DNA of 64,000 nucleotides from an uncultured archaeon. Lineage in GTDB: Archaea; Iainarchaeota; Iainarchaeia; Iainarchaeales; CAZILS01. This document shows, piece after piece, positions 1-9,438 of the stretch. The stretch is from contig CAZILS010000003.1 of NCBI GenBank assembly GCA_964540145.1, positions 41,799-105,798 on the forward strand. The letters are read 5' to 3'. The position numbers and the translations under genes were made by a program. The notes under the pieces were generated by a model, which worked only from the letters and a program-made list of their open reading frames with translations, did not search any database and was not told the DNA's origin. Within the stretch, counting starts at the first letter, position 1; each line of letters starts with the position of its first letter.

Positions 1-1011
1 GAAACCTGCCAGACAATCTTCCTTGATTTTGCGAGGGTTTACAAAACCATGAGGCGGAATTTGCCCCTCGGGATAGCGCAGGCCGGAGCCTCTTTCAGAA
101 ATGAAATTTCCCCGAGGCAGAGTCTTCTCCGAGGGAGGGAGTTCGGCCAGATGGAAGTTGAAATCTTCTTCAACCCGAAGAAGATAGCTGACATAGAAAA
201 TTTCGATGATGTGAAAGACTACAGAATTAACCTCATGCTCCTGAATAAGGGGGAAGTGAAGCCCATCCGCTGCGAAGACGCCGTGAAAGATAAAATCGTT
301 TCGGGGAAGCTGGTTGCCTACTACCTCGCGAGGGTGCAGCAGCTTTATTCGAAGTACGGTGTGCCTGTTGAAAAAATGCGCTTCAGGGAATTGGACGGGG
401 AGGAAAGGGCATTCTACGCGAAGGAAACATGGGACTTCGAGGTTGAGATTGACCTTGGATGGATGGAGCTGATGGCATGCAATTACCGCACGGACTATGA
501 CCTTTCAGGCCACGCAAAGGTAAGCGGCCAGGATTTAAGTGTTGTTGAGGATGACGGGGGAAGGTTTGTTCCCCACATATTTGAGCTTTCGGCGGGAATA
601 GACCGCACTTTCTATGTCCTTCTTGACCTCGCATACCGGAAGGAAAAGAGAGGCCCCGATGAAAGGGTTTACCTCAGCCTAAGCCCGAGGATAGCGCCTT
701 ACCTTGTTGCGGTTTTCCCCCTTGTCAAGAAAGACGGTTTGAGGGAAAGGGCAAACGAAATCCTCTCCTCACTACAGGATTATGAGCTCGATGCATTCTA
801 TGATGAGAAGGGAAGCATCGGCAAGCGCTACGCAAGGGTCGATGAAATCGGGGTTCCTTATGTAGCCACAATAGACTACGACACCAAGAAGGACAATACC
901 GTTACTTTGAGGGACAGGGACAGCATGGGTCAGAAGAGGGTGAATGCCGAAGAGCTCCCCGGCCTGCTCTGGAAACTCAAGATGGGCAAAATTTTGTTCC
1001 AAAACATTTGA
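1..1011 (+). CDS. glyS: Glycyl-tRNA synthetase (alpha2, archaeal/eukaryal type), 5'-truncated by window edge
   Basis: Frame open from base 1 (ETCQTIF..); motif 2 FRNEISPRQSLLRGREFGQME, motif 3 ELSAGIDR, anticodon-binding domain GSIGKRYARVDEIG. Confidence 0.95.
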   Translation, partial: ETCQTIFLDFARVYKTMRRNLPLGIAQAGASFRNEISPRQSLLRGREFGQMEVEIFFNPKKIADIENFDDVKDYRINLMLLNKGEVKPIRCEDAVKDKIVSGKLVAYYLARVQQLYSKYGVPVEKMRFRELDGEERAFYAKETWDFEVEIDLGWMELMACNYRTDYDLSGHAKVSGQDLSVVEDDGGRFVPHIFELSAGIDRTFYVLLDLAYRKEKRGPDERVYLSLSPRIAPYLVAVFPLVKKDGLRERANEILSSLQDYELDAFYDEKGSIGKRYARVDEIGVPYVATIDYDTKKDNTVTLRDRDSMGQKRVNAEELPGLLWKLKMGKILFQNI

Positions 1012-1077
1012 AAACAAAGTCCTTTTGGGAACCCGAATTTGACAAAGTATAAATACAACCTTGCCCCAATTATCCTT

Positions 1078-1617
1078 ATGAGGAAGCTTCTCCCGATAGT
1101 TGCTGTTCTGCTTTTCGGCCTCGCGTTACTCTCCCCGAACCAGGGGGTCTTTTCATCCGGCGGGGGAAGCGTTTCCGAAAGCCCCGACGGCAATTTCGTG
1201 AGCGAAATAAGCCTTGCGGGAAACCCCGAGATAGAGGCCTGGGGCTATGAGGAAGGGATTGTAATCGGCCTCAGGTTCTCCGAAACAATGGAGATTAATG
1301 CCGCAACCTTTTACGGGGAGAGGGACTGGGCAATCTGCAGCAAGGAAAACCCCTGCTCAGACCACTTTTTCACAATGAACCACAAATTCTTCACACTGAG
1401 GGCGGAAGGCATCAAAAGCAAAACCTTCGTCATGGAGCTGGATGCAGACCGGATTGAGGAAACAGAGGAGGAGGTTTTTGCCGAGTTTGAAGTTTCCCCT
1501 GCTTTACCCCCCATAGGGTTCCACATCCTCTCAAAGGCAGGATGGGGCTTCGCACTAATAGGGATTCTCCTCGCAATCGCGCTCCTGGCGGCATGGTCCT
1601 CCCACACCGAAAAATAG
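1078..1617 (+). CDS. Hypothetical exported/membrane protein
   Basis: N-terminal signal-like hydrophobic stretch and C-terminal TM helix; ATG 1078 preferred over TTG 1039. Confidence 0.7.
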   Translation: MRKLLPIVAVLLFGLALLSPNQGVFSSGGGSVSESPDGNFVSEISLAGNPEIEAWGYEEGIVIGLRFSETMEINAATFYGERDWAICSKENPCSDHFFTMNHKFFTLRAEGIKSKTFVMELDADRIEETEEEVFAEFEVSPALPPIGFHILSKAGWGFALIGILLAIALLAAWSSHTEK

Positions 1618-1679
1618 CGCTTTCCCGCAAAATCCGAACATTTAAATTTCTCTTTGCCCAATAATGTATAGGAGATTAT

Positions 1680-2429
1680 ATGGCTATGAACAGGCATGCG
1701 CAGGTTCCAAAGAAGAAAACCTCCTCCCGCGGGAAGGACGGCCCGGAAAAGGAAGGCTCCGGCCGCTGGAAAGCGTTTGAACAAGCGGATTTTACCGTTG
1801 CAAAGAGCGATGATACTGCGGTGCGAAGGGTAGAGGCCCAACGCACAGGAAAGGTAATCCCGATAAAAAGCCGCGGGAAAGCTGTTGAAACCGAGGAGTT
1901 CAGGTGGGAACTTCCCGAAGCGCCGGGAGAAAAGGCAAAACCTAAGGCAAAAGTTCCTGCGCCTTCCGTAAGACCTGTTAGGCTTTCCCAAGTTTTTGAC
2001 AGGCTTCCCCGTGTGCTTAAGGAGGCAAGCACGCATTATGTTGATGCCCTCAACAAGGGCACTGCGGGAATCAGGGAAAAGAACCTTGCGTTGGCCGCAA
2101 TAGCCAAGAACCGGGGAGAATTGATTGTGGCGGAATACGCGGCAAAAGAGTATCCCCGCGCAAAACGGGTGCAGGCAATCTATGACCTAGAGAAGCTTGC
2201 CAAGGGCGGCAGCCTCAATGCGGTTGCGCACCTCAAGAATATTGCAATCTTCAGCGAAGACGCAATTGCCAGGAAAAGCGCCGCAATTTCATTGGAAAAT
2301 GTCGGAAATCCCCCCTCGATAAGGTCGCTGATGGAGGCCTATGCTGCGGCAAAGGCCCCTGCCGAGAAAGATTACATAAAGGGCGCGGCGCAGAGGGCAA
2401 TGGCCCGCCTAAAACGCAAAAAGCAGTAG
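1680..2429 (+). CDS. Hypothetical basic protein with HEAT-like C-terminal helices
   Basis: 249-aa ORF with GGAG upstream; Lys/Arg-rich N-terminus; ARKSAAISLENVG resembles a HEAT/PBS repeat. Confidence 0.65.
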   Translation: MAMNRHAQVPKKKTSSRGKDGPEKEGSGRWKAFEQADFTVAKSDDTAVRRVEAQRTGKVIPIKSRGKAVETEEFRWELPEAPGEKAKPKAKVPAPSVRPVRLSQVFDRLPRVLKEASTHYVDALNKGTAGIREKNLALAAIAKNRGELIVAEYAAKEYPRAKRVQAIYDLEKLAKGGSLNAVAHLKNIAIFSEDAIARKSAAISLENVGNPPSIRSLMEAYAAAKAPAEKDYIKGAAQRAMARLKRKKQ

Positions 2430-2494
2430 GGATTATATATTATTCCAAAACTCAATTAATTCTGGTTCCATGCGCAGTATGGGATAATTTTTGC

Positions 2495-2515
2495 CAACTT
2501 TTTTGAAAAAAGTTG
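2495..2515. repeat. Perfect inverted repeat CAACTTTTTT-G-AAAAAAGTTG
   Basis: 10-bp arms, 1-nt spacer, ends 1 nt before tRNA-Thr. Confidence 0.85.
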
Positions 2516-2516
2516 T

Positions 2517-2589
2517 GCCCTTGTAGCATAGTGGCTATTGCGGCTGATTCGTAATCAGCAGGTCGAGGGTTCGACTCCCTCCAAGGGCT
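2517..2589 (+). tRNA. tRNA-Thr(CGT)
   Basis: Acceptor GCCCTTG/CAAGGGC, anticodon arm GCTGA-TTCGTAA-TCAGC, T-loop TTCGACT; no CCA. Confidence 0.95.
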
Positions 2590-2596
2590 CTCAATA

Positions 2597-2775
2597 AATA
2601 TTCCCGTCCCACCGAACGAAGTGAGGGGGACACATATCGGTACAAGCCGGACCTGTCGGCTGGTTGCATTCGCAGAAAGCTGTGATGCTGAAACTTCTTG
2701 GGAAGCTCTGAATATTCCCGTCCCACCGAACGAAGTGAGGGGGACACATATCGGTACCGGCTGGACCTGTCAGCC
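2597..2775 (+). repeat. Two 65-nt structured direct repeats (2597-2661, 2711-2775) with a 49-nt spacer
   Basis: First 47 nt identical; 60/65 identical overall; the differences preserve a hairpin. Confidence 0.9.
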
Positions 2776-2781
2776 TTCGAC

Positions 2782-3555
2782 TTATTCCCTGAAATCGGGC
2801 TCCTTTTCTTGGCCTGTCAGCCTTCCCTTGGGAAGGGTTTTCATGCCTGTCATCTGCTCGAGAATCTCCTCCTTTGCGAGGAGCTCTGCCTGCCTCGATG
2901 TTCTCCTTTCCTCCATCCTTCTCTTCGCCTCTTCCTCCTCCTTCGCCCCGCCGAAGCAAACCCTCAGAATAAGCTCAAGCAAAACAACGAAGAGGACAAA
3001 CTTTCCCGCTGTAGGAATAACACCAATCATGACCATTATCCTGCTCAGCAAAATCCCCACGGAGAGGAAGGAGGGGTCTGTAAGGAAAATCGCGAGCAAG
3101 GCAAACGGCAGCATCTTAGCCAAATCCCTCGACAAATCTTCATGGTAATAGGCAAGTATCCTCGTTCCGGAAACAACGCTTATCGATATGAAAAGAATCG
3201 TGTCAAGCGGAATATTCTCCGTTAGGAGGAAAAGGAAAAACGAAAGCCCGATAAACCAGATGAATGAGTAAAGAGGGAAAAACAGAATATATTTCAGAAA
3301 GCCCGTAAGTATGCCGACCCGCCTTCGGACACCATACTTTTCCTCCATCTTTTTCTTAACGTCAAAAATATCCCTCTTTGCGAGGTTCCTGTAGAAGTTC
3401 CAGATGAGCACCGCATAAATCGTGATCCCGAAGGCCCACATCAGTATCTGCGGCGCAATCTCCGTAAATCCGGGGAAGTAAGTATGGAAGGAGGCAACAA
3501 CCCATCCGAAGCCCTGCTCCCTGAGGAAATCCCCGATAGGTTCGAAAACAGTCAT
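2782..3555 (-). CDS. Hypothetical multi-pass membrane protein
   Basis: Several TM segments and a charged C-tail; ATG 1 nt after the upstream stop. Confidence 0.75.
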   Translation of the reverse strand: MTVFEPIGDFLREQGFGWVVASFHTYFPGFTEIAPQILMWAFGITIYAVLIWNFYRNLAKRDIFDVKKKMEEKYGVRRRVGILTGFLKYILFFPLYSFIWFIGLSFFLFLLTENIPLDTILFISISVVSGTRILAYYHEDLSRDLAKMLPFALLAIFLTDPSFLSVGILLSRIMVMIGVIPTAGKFVLFVVLLELILRVCFGGAKEEEEAKRRMEERRTSRQAELLAKEEILEQMTGMKTLPKGRLTGQEKEPDFRE

Positions 3556-3556
3556 T

Positions 3557-5062
3557 CTAACCACTTGTTTGTATGTTAATGTTCTTTATAATTCTTCCTT
3601 GCGCAGGGGGAAACAACGGATCGTCGTATTTTACCATCACTTCACATGTCTTCAGGGTGTCTGCCTCCGCGGTTATTGGCGCCCTCACAGTGAACTCGAC
3701 TTCCTCGCTCGCCCCCGAGGAAATTCCGGGAAACTTCTTAACCGGAATTGAGAGCCAGTCGGTTCCGCACAGCGTAACAAGCTCGATGTTTTTTATCGCA
3801 AGATCTCCACTATTCTTCAGCTCAATACTCCCTGTTTTTTCCCCGTAAACCCCGGTCTCCGAATCCTTTCTCAGGGAATACGTGCTGCTTATCCCCCCCA
3901 CTTCCAAAGAAATCTCCGCCTCGTTGATGCTGAAACTAACCTCAAATTCCTTCTCCCAGTAAGCTGTTTTCAGCAGCACAATTCCCTTGACCTTATCCTC
4001 TTTCGCAGTCTGCGGTATGTTAACCTCGACCGTAAATGTCCTCGTTTCCCCCTGGGCTATCGAAGATATGGTTGAGGGGCCGGCCTTAATCCACTGCCTA
4101 ACCTCCTCGGGAACATTCCCCTCTTCATCTGTCGTTACCTGCCCCAAGGAAATCTCTATGTTTTCCATCGTGAAGTCATTTTTGTTCGTAATCTCAACAG
4201 TAGAGTGGGTGCTGCTTCCCGCATCAATATCCCTCAGGGCTGCCCTAGATGGGCTGATTTTTACATCCCTTGAATTAAACTCCATCAATGCATAATTCAC
4301 ATCTATCTCCGCATCCTTGTTGTCAAGCCCCTTTACCCTGATGCTTCCATTCTTCCCCTCCCCAATAAGCTTTCTGCTTATGTCCTCCTTAACCCTGGCC
4401 TGCAGGGTTATGGTTTCGCTCCCCCCCACCGGAACAGGGGCCTTCGCATACTCTATGGACATGTAATCCTCGCCAAGCGCTCCGGAAAAAACAAACTCAA
4501 CATCCCCTGCCCCGATTTCCCTGTCGCCTGTGTTCTGGATAAGGAGGTTCAAATTCCTGCTCTCCCCCGCAACAAACTTCTCCGGGAAATTATCGATGGA
4601 AATCTTGGCGTCAAAATCCTTCTCAAGCCTTATCTGCAGAGGCATATCGCCCTGCACAAGAACAGGAATGTTCCTTGTCTTGTATCCCTGCCTGCTCGCG
4701 GTTGCGGTATATTCTCCCGTTCTTAGCCGGACAGTGCTGTTCCCGCTCGCCGAAGCAACCACAGCCCCCGAACTGTCGGCTATCCTCACGCTCACAATCC
4801 CCAAAGGCTGCCCTTCGGTATCGCTTACCCCTATCTCAACATCCTTCACACTAAGCACGAGGAAATCATAGGCCATATAAGCCCCGCCAAGGAAAATAAG
4901 CAAGGCAACAATCACAACCCAATTTTCCTTCAGCATATCGAGGAGGCCATAAGCAAAGTCAAGAATATCCCCGCCTTCGCTTTCCCCATCGCCATCTCCC
5001 CCACCGGTGCCCGCATAAAGGCTGTATGGGGACCTTTCATCATCACCTGTGCCGCCATACAT
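3557..5062 (-). CDS. Membrane-anchored surface protein with Ig-like (CARDB/NPCBM-like) domains
   Basis: Single N-terminal TM; repeated beta-sandwich motifs (IQNTGD, ITNKND, LKNSGD). Confidence 0.75.
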   Translation of the reverse strand: MYGGTGDDERSPYSLYAGTGGGDGDGESEGGDILDFAYGLLDMLKENWVVIVALLIFLGGAYMAYDFLVLSVKDVEIGVSDTEGQPLGIVSVRIADSSGAVVASASGNSTVRLRTGEYTATASRQGYKTRNIPVLVQGDMPLQIRLEKDFDAKISIDNFPEKFVAGESRNLNLLIQNTGDREIGAGDVEFVFSGALGEDYMSIEYAKAPVPVGGSETITLQARVKEDISRKLIGEGKNGSIRVKGLDNKDAEIDVNYALMEFNSRDVKISPSRAALRDIDAGSSTHSTVEITNKNDFTMENIEISLGQVTTDEEGNVPEEVRQWIKAGPSTISSIAQGETRTFTVEVNIPQTAKEDKVKGIVLLKTAYWEKEFEVSFSINEAEISLEVGGISSTYSLRKDSETGVYGEKTGSIELKNSGDLAIKNIELVTLCGTDWLSIPVKKFPGISSGASEEVEFTVRAPITAEADTLKTCEVMVKYDDPLFPPAQGRIIKNINIQTSG

Positions 5063-5127
5063 TGGAATCTCCCCTATATAGGAAAAACTCTATTAAATAG
5101 TTTTGCCCTAAGTCATACGGTGTCCAT

Positions 5128-5541
5128 ATGCTGGCAAACGACGAAAAGTTCTTTATGGCAGTGCTTGCGGGCCTTGTCATAGTTGTGCTTGTGTTCATCT
5201 TCGCCCTTTCACAGGGAAGAACCCCGGAAACATTCACTGCGGTTTGGGTTGAGGAAAGCCCCTCCTCCACAATTGAAAACAAAGACTTCCCTTTCAAGTT
5301 TGCAATCCGGAGCAATGAGGCCAGTGAAACAACCTACACTTACAAGATTACTGCGGGCGAAAAGACAAGCCAAGGCACAGCAACTCTCCAACCCGGAGAA
5401 ACAAAAATAATCGAGAAAACAGTTTCCTTGTCGATGCCGCCTTTGGGCTATGACAAGAAGAAGGTGCAGATAGAAATTGAAAATCCGGGCAATGAAGAGC
5501 CCTACGAACTCTGGTTTTGGGTCAGGGTCTCGGAGAGCTGA
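5128..5541 (+). CDS. Small membrane-anchored Ig-like protein (DUF1616-like)
   Basis: N-terminal TM, then ETFTAVW..N-E..Y-Y..LWFWV beta domain. Confidence 0.6.
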   Translation: MLANDEKFFMAVLAGLVIVVLVFIFALSQGRTPETFTAVWVEESPSSTIENKDFPFKFAIRSNEASETTYTYKITAGEKTSQGTATLQPGETKIIEKTVSLSMPPLGYDKKKVQIEIENPGNEEPYELWFWVRVSES

Positions 5542-5977
5542 GAGAGTTCCTCGCAGCAGCCCTCATCCTCTCGGCAGAAAGCCTTGTCTCGCTCAAAACC
5601 TTTGCGACCGTCTCTTCCAGAACCGCCTGGTGCTCCCTGAACTCCATAGCGGCATTAAACTCAAAGCCGGGAAGCCGAAGCAAATTGCGCGCGGTCTCCT
5701 TCTCAATAATGTAATTGTTCCCAAGCTTTGTTATCGCAAGCTGCAAACCTATCTTCAATTCCTCGATTCCGGGCAGCCTCTCAACAGGCCTAAGCCTCTG
5801 CTCCCTTTCAACAACAGCAACCAGCCTCCTGATTTCTTCAAGTTCTGCCTTTGTTCTCCTCAAATTGTGCGAGAAAGGGACAACAGAATAGTCGCCCCAT
5901 GCCCTAAGGCCTATCCTTTCCTCGAGCCGGTTCACCGCGGCTATAATCTCATTTGAAACCTTTTCAATGCTGGGCAT
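5522..5977 (-). CDS. Hypothetical helical protein
   Basis: ORF fills the gap between neighbours; charged coiled-coil composition. Confidence 0.55.
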   Translation of the reverse strand: MPSIEKVSNEIIAAVNRLEERIGLRAWGDYSVVPFSHNLRRTKAELEEIRRLVAVVEREQRLRPVERLPGIEELKIGLQLAITKLGNNYIIEKETARNLLRLPGFEFNAAMEFREHQAVLEETVAKVLSETRLSAERMRAAARNSLSSPRP

Positions 5978-6034
5978 GCTCTCGCATATATCTGCGACAC
6001 TCAGAAATATAAATATGCGAGTCATAATCTTAAG

Positions 6035-7012
6035 GTGCTGATTTTCGACGATAAGGGCATCCGCATCTCCGATTCAGGGTCAACGATAGGCGTAGACACC
6101 TCGAAAGAGGATTTCGCGGTAATAACACATGCCCATTCCGACCATGCGAAGCTGAACGGGAAGGGAAGCTACCTTATGACCCCCGCAACAATGGACCTCC
6201 TTAACGGCCGCGGGGAAAAATCAGACATAAAGACAGCGGACTTCGGGAAAAAATACCGGCACGAAAATCTTGACATTTCCCTCCATAACGCGGGCCACAT
6301 TCTCGGCTCGTCTCAAGTCGTTGTTGAAGGCTCGAAGAAGGTCGTTGTCACAGCCGACTTCAAGTTCCAGGAGAATTCCGTACTGCCCGCGGCAAAGCCA
6401 ATCCCCTGCGACATTCTGCTTATGGAAACAACTTATGGCCTGCCGCACCACGCCTTTCCCCCGAGGAGCGAAACCTACTCGGAAATGGTCAAGTGGATTT
6501 CCGGGGAGCTTGCGAGGAAGAAGTTCATTGTGCTTGCGGGCTATGCGACAGGCAAGGCCCAGGAGCTAACGAAATTCTGCAACGACTTCATGGAAGAAAC
6601 ACCTCTTGTCCATGAAAAAATCTACGAGAACAACCTTACCTATGAGAAACACGGTGTTAAGCTTGGCCCCTGCCTAAAACTCGACCACAACCTCGAGCAG
6701 GCAAATATCCTGATAATGCCCCCTTCGCTAGTCAATCACCACGTGCTTGATGCTGTCTCCCACTCCCTGAACAAAGATGTTGTAAGCGCTTTTGCAAGCG
6801 GATGGAAGTTCGGGGGCTATACAAGGACATTTTCCCTTTCAGACCACGCAGACTTCGGCCAGCTCCTTCACTATGTGCAGGAAGCAAAGCCGAAATTGGT
6901 GCTCACGCACCACGGCTATGCAAAGGAGTTCGCAAGGCACGTTCATCGCAGGTTTGGCATACCCGCAAGGCCTCTGGGAAACGCCTCCCAGAAGACAATC
7001 CTGGAGTACTAA
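6035..7012 (+). CDS. MBL-fold (beta-CASP-like) nuclease
   Basis: THAHSDH, AGHILGS, METTYG, GKAQE, LSDHADF motifs. Confidence 0.9.
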   Translation: MLIFDDKGIRISDSGSTIGVDTSKEDFAVITHAHSDHAKLNGKGSYLMTPATMDLLNGRGEKSDIKTADFGKKYRHENLDISLHNAGHILGSSQVVVEGSKKVVVTADFKFQENSVLPAAKPIPCDILLMETTYGLPHHAFPPRSETYSEMVKWISGELARKKFIVLAGYATGKAQELTKFCNDFMEETPLVHEKIYENNLTYEKHGVKLGPCLKLDHNLEQANILIMPPSLVNHHVLDAVSHSLNKDVVSAFASGWKFGGYTRTFSLSDHADFGQLLHYVQEAKPKLVLTHHGYAKEFARHVHRRFGIPARPLGNASQKTILEY

Positions 7013-7056
7013 GCATAACCTTTTTATCGGTTCGACCCATATTCGCTGGGGAGAAG

Positions 7057-7980
7057 ATGCCAAAGCAGCTCGGACTAATAGGCCTTGGGAAGATGGGGTT
7101 TCCCGTTGCGGAAAACCTTCTCGAGAAAGGATTTGAGGTTGTAGCGACCGATGTGAATTCAGAAGCTGTTGAGAAGATAGCCGAGAAAGGGGCGGCAGGC
7201 ACAAGCTCGATAAATGAGCTTTCCGAAAATCTCCCGGAAACCCCAAAAGTGATTATTGTCCTTGTTCCTGCCGAAGTTGTTGGCAATGTCCTTGATGAGC
7301 TTTCCTTAACACTTTCCGAAGGGGACATAATCCTTGAATGCGGCAATTCATTTTATCGAGACTCGCAGGAACGGGCCAAGAAGCTGGCCGGGAAGGGAAT
7401 TGTGTTTATGGATGTGGGGATGAGCGGAGGGGTTTCAGGAGCAAGGCACGGCGCATGCCTGATGATAGGCGGCGAGAAGGCAGCCTTTGAAAAAGCAAAA
7501 CCTGTTTTTGAGGCACTTTCTAAAAATGGGTCCTGCCAATACCTGGGAAAGAGCGGCTCCGGGCATTTGGCCAAGGGCTACCACAACCTTGCGGAGTATG
7601 GCTGTCTCCAGTCTTTGGCTGAATCCCTTTCAACCCTGAACAGCATCTCGGATAAGGAAGGCCTAAACATAGAACTCCTAAAAGTGTGTGAAATATGGAA
7701 CAAGGGCAGCATTATTGAGTCAAGAATTTCAAGGGATGCGGAAACCGCCCTCAAGAACAACCCCTCCCTAGAAGGGATAAGCGGCTCTGTCACAGGCCAA
7801 ACCCGCAAGGAGATGGAAAAACTTGTTAAAATAGCTAATGATTATGGCGTTGAAGTTCCCTCCTGCGAAGCCGCGGTTAGGGCAAGGGCAGACTCCCGGA
7901 AAGCACCCACATTCGCGGGAAAGCTGACGAACGCAATAAGGAATGTTTTCGGGGGACATGCTGAATGGAAAAAGCGGTAA
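7057..7980 (+). CDS. gnd: 6-phosphogluconate dehydrogenase, short type
   Basis: GLIGLGKMG, ECGNS, DVGMSGGVSGARHG, GHLAKGYHN, C-terminal RNVFGGH. Confidence 0.9.
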   Translation: MPKQLGLIGLGKMGFPVAENLLEKGFEVVATDVNSEAVEKIAEKGAAGTSSINELSENLPETPKVIIVLVPAEVVGNVLDELSLTLSEGDIILECGNSFYRDSQERAKKLAGKGIVFMDVGMSGGVSGARHGACLMIGGEKAAFEKAKPVFEALSKNGSCQYLGKSGSGHLAKGYHNLAEYGCLQSLAESLSTLNSISDKEGLNIELLKVCEIWNKGSIIESRISRDAETALKNNPSLEGISGSVTGQTRKEMEKLVKIANDYGVEVPSCEAAVRARADSRKAPTFAGKLTNAIRNVFGGHAEWKKR

Positions 7981-9395
7981 TCGGCCTCGACATAGGGACT
8001 TCATCCGCAAAGGCAATGCTCTATGGCGAGCACTCGGGAATAATTCTTGAAGCCTCTGTTCCTATTGAAAAAGACGAAAAATCTCTTTCCGCGCCAAAGC
8101 TCCTTTCCGATATCACACATCTCCTCTCGGAGGTTTCCGCGGGCGTAACCAACTGCAAAATAGTTTCAGTTGGCCTCAGCACGATGTTCCCCACACTCCT
8201 CGCAGTCGGGAAAAATGGAAAACCGCTTACAAGGCTCATGCTCTGGAAGGACGACAGGGCCGGGCATATCCTTGACAGGAAAATTTCGCATCCCTCCCAC
8301 TCAAGGGAGCTGCACAAAAGGACAGGCTGCGTCGCACACGAATCCTACTCCCTTTGGAAAATACGCTGGCTGAAGGAACACCGGCCTGAAGTTTTCGAAA
8401 GAGCAGAGAAATTCATTTCCCTGCAGGAATACCTCACTCACGCCCTCACTGAAAAATATATCACATCAAAATCAGTTGCCTCAACTTCAGGAATGCTGAA
8501 TGCAAAAACCCTTGATTGGGACAAGTATGCGCTTTCCCTTGCCGGCATCCCCCGGGAAAAACTTTCGCCTTTGGCAAGCGCATTCCACACCGAGCAGATA
8601 ACAAACGAGGCCGCTGAAGAGACAGGCCTGCCGAGAAAAACATTAATCGCGCTTGGGACAGGTGACGGCCTTGCCGCCCACATCGGGAGCGGCTGCATGA
8701 GGGAGGGAAGGATGAGCATGAGCATGGGAACAACCTCCGCAATAAGGCTCGCCTCGAACAGAACTGTCCCAAAAAACAGCTTCATCTGGAGCTACTACCT
8801 TTCGAATGGAAAAAGAATAATGGGGAGCGCAATAAATGCGGGCGGCTCTTCCTTTGAATGGTTAAGGAAAAACTTCCACAATGGCAAAGAACTGCCCTAC
8901 GCCGCGCTTGACTCCGCTGCTTCAGAACTTCCTGCGGCAGGCCCGATTTTCCTCCCCTTCCACGACGGGGAAAGGGGCCCAGAATACAAGCGCGGGATGA
9001 AAGAACGGTTCTCATCTGTAAAGGATGATGACGATACCGCATCTCTTTACCGTTCTGTTGCGGAAGGGATTACGTTCAACCTTTACTCCTGCTACCTTCT
9101 TTTGGAGAAAGAAGGCGGAGTCCCTAAAGAAATAAGGGCAAGCGGCGGCTATTCAAATTCGGATTTCCTCATGCAGATGCAGTCGGACATCTTCAATCAA
9201 CAAATATCGGTTCCGCATGTGAAGGAGGCAAGTTCTTTGGGAGCGGCATTAATCGCAATGAAGCCGGCAGGCCTAATAAGAGATTTTTCATCCGCAAAAA
9301 TTCCGGTTGAGAAGGCCTATTCCCCCCGCAAGGGAATGCACGAAACCTACCTGAAGCGCTTTGCCCTTTACCGCAGGCTTTACCGCACGTTATAG
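7965..9395 (+). CDS. gntK: FGGY-family sugar kinase, probable gluconokinase
   Basis: GLDIGTSSAK, WKDDRA, GTGDG, GERGP, SGG motifs; overlaps gnd. Confidence 0.8.
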   Translation: MEKAVIGLDIGTSSAKAMLYGEHSGIILEASVPIEKDEKSLSAPKLLSDITHLLSEVSAGVTNCKIVSVGLSTMFPTLLAVGKNGKPLTRLMLWKDDRAGHILDRKISHPSHSRELHKRTGCVAHESYSLWKIRWLKEHRPEVFERAEKFISLQEYLTHALTEKYITSKSVASTSGMLNAKTLDWDKYALSLAGIPREKLSPLASAFHTEQITNEAAEETGLPRKTLIALGTGDGLAAHIGSGCMREGRMSMSMGTTSAIRLASNRTVPKNSFIWSYYLSNGKRIMGSAINAGGSSFEWLRKNFHNGKELPYAALDSAASELPAAGPIFLPFHDGERGPEYKRGMKERFSSVKDDDDTASLYRSVAEGITFNLYSCYLLLEKEGGVPKEIRASGGYSNSDFLMQMQSDIFNQQISVPHVKEASSLGAALIAMKPAGLIRDFSSAKIPVEKAYSPRKGMHETYLKRFALYRRLYRTL

Positions 9396-9438
9396 CCCTG
9401 GGGAAGCTATATAAATAACAATAAACTATTCCTATCCG

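Noticed and set aside
2597-2775. CRISPR mini-array
   Set aside because: Only two units, the 65-nt repeat is too long, the spacer is itself structured, and there are no cas genes in the window
2535-3225. ORFs across tRNA-Thr and the repeats (70, 122, 175 aa)
   Set aside because: They overlap a tRNA or lie antisense to a real gene; the repeated peptides just mirror the DNA repeat
6802-7056. N-terminal extension of gnd to 392 aa
   Set aside because: Overlaps the MBL gene; the Rossmann motif starts right after ATG 7057
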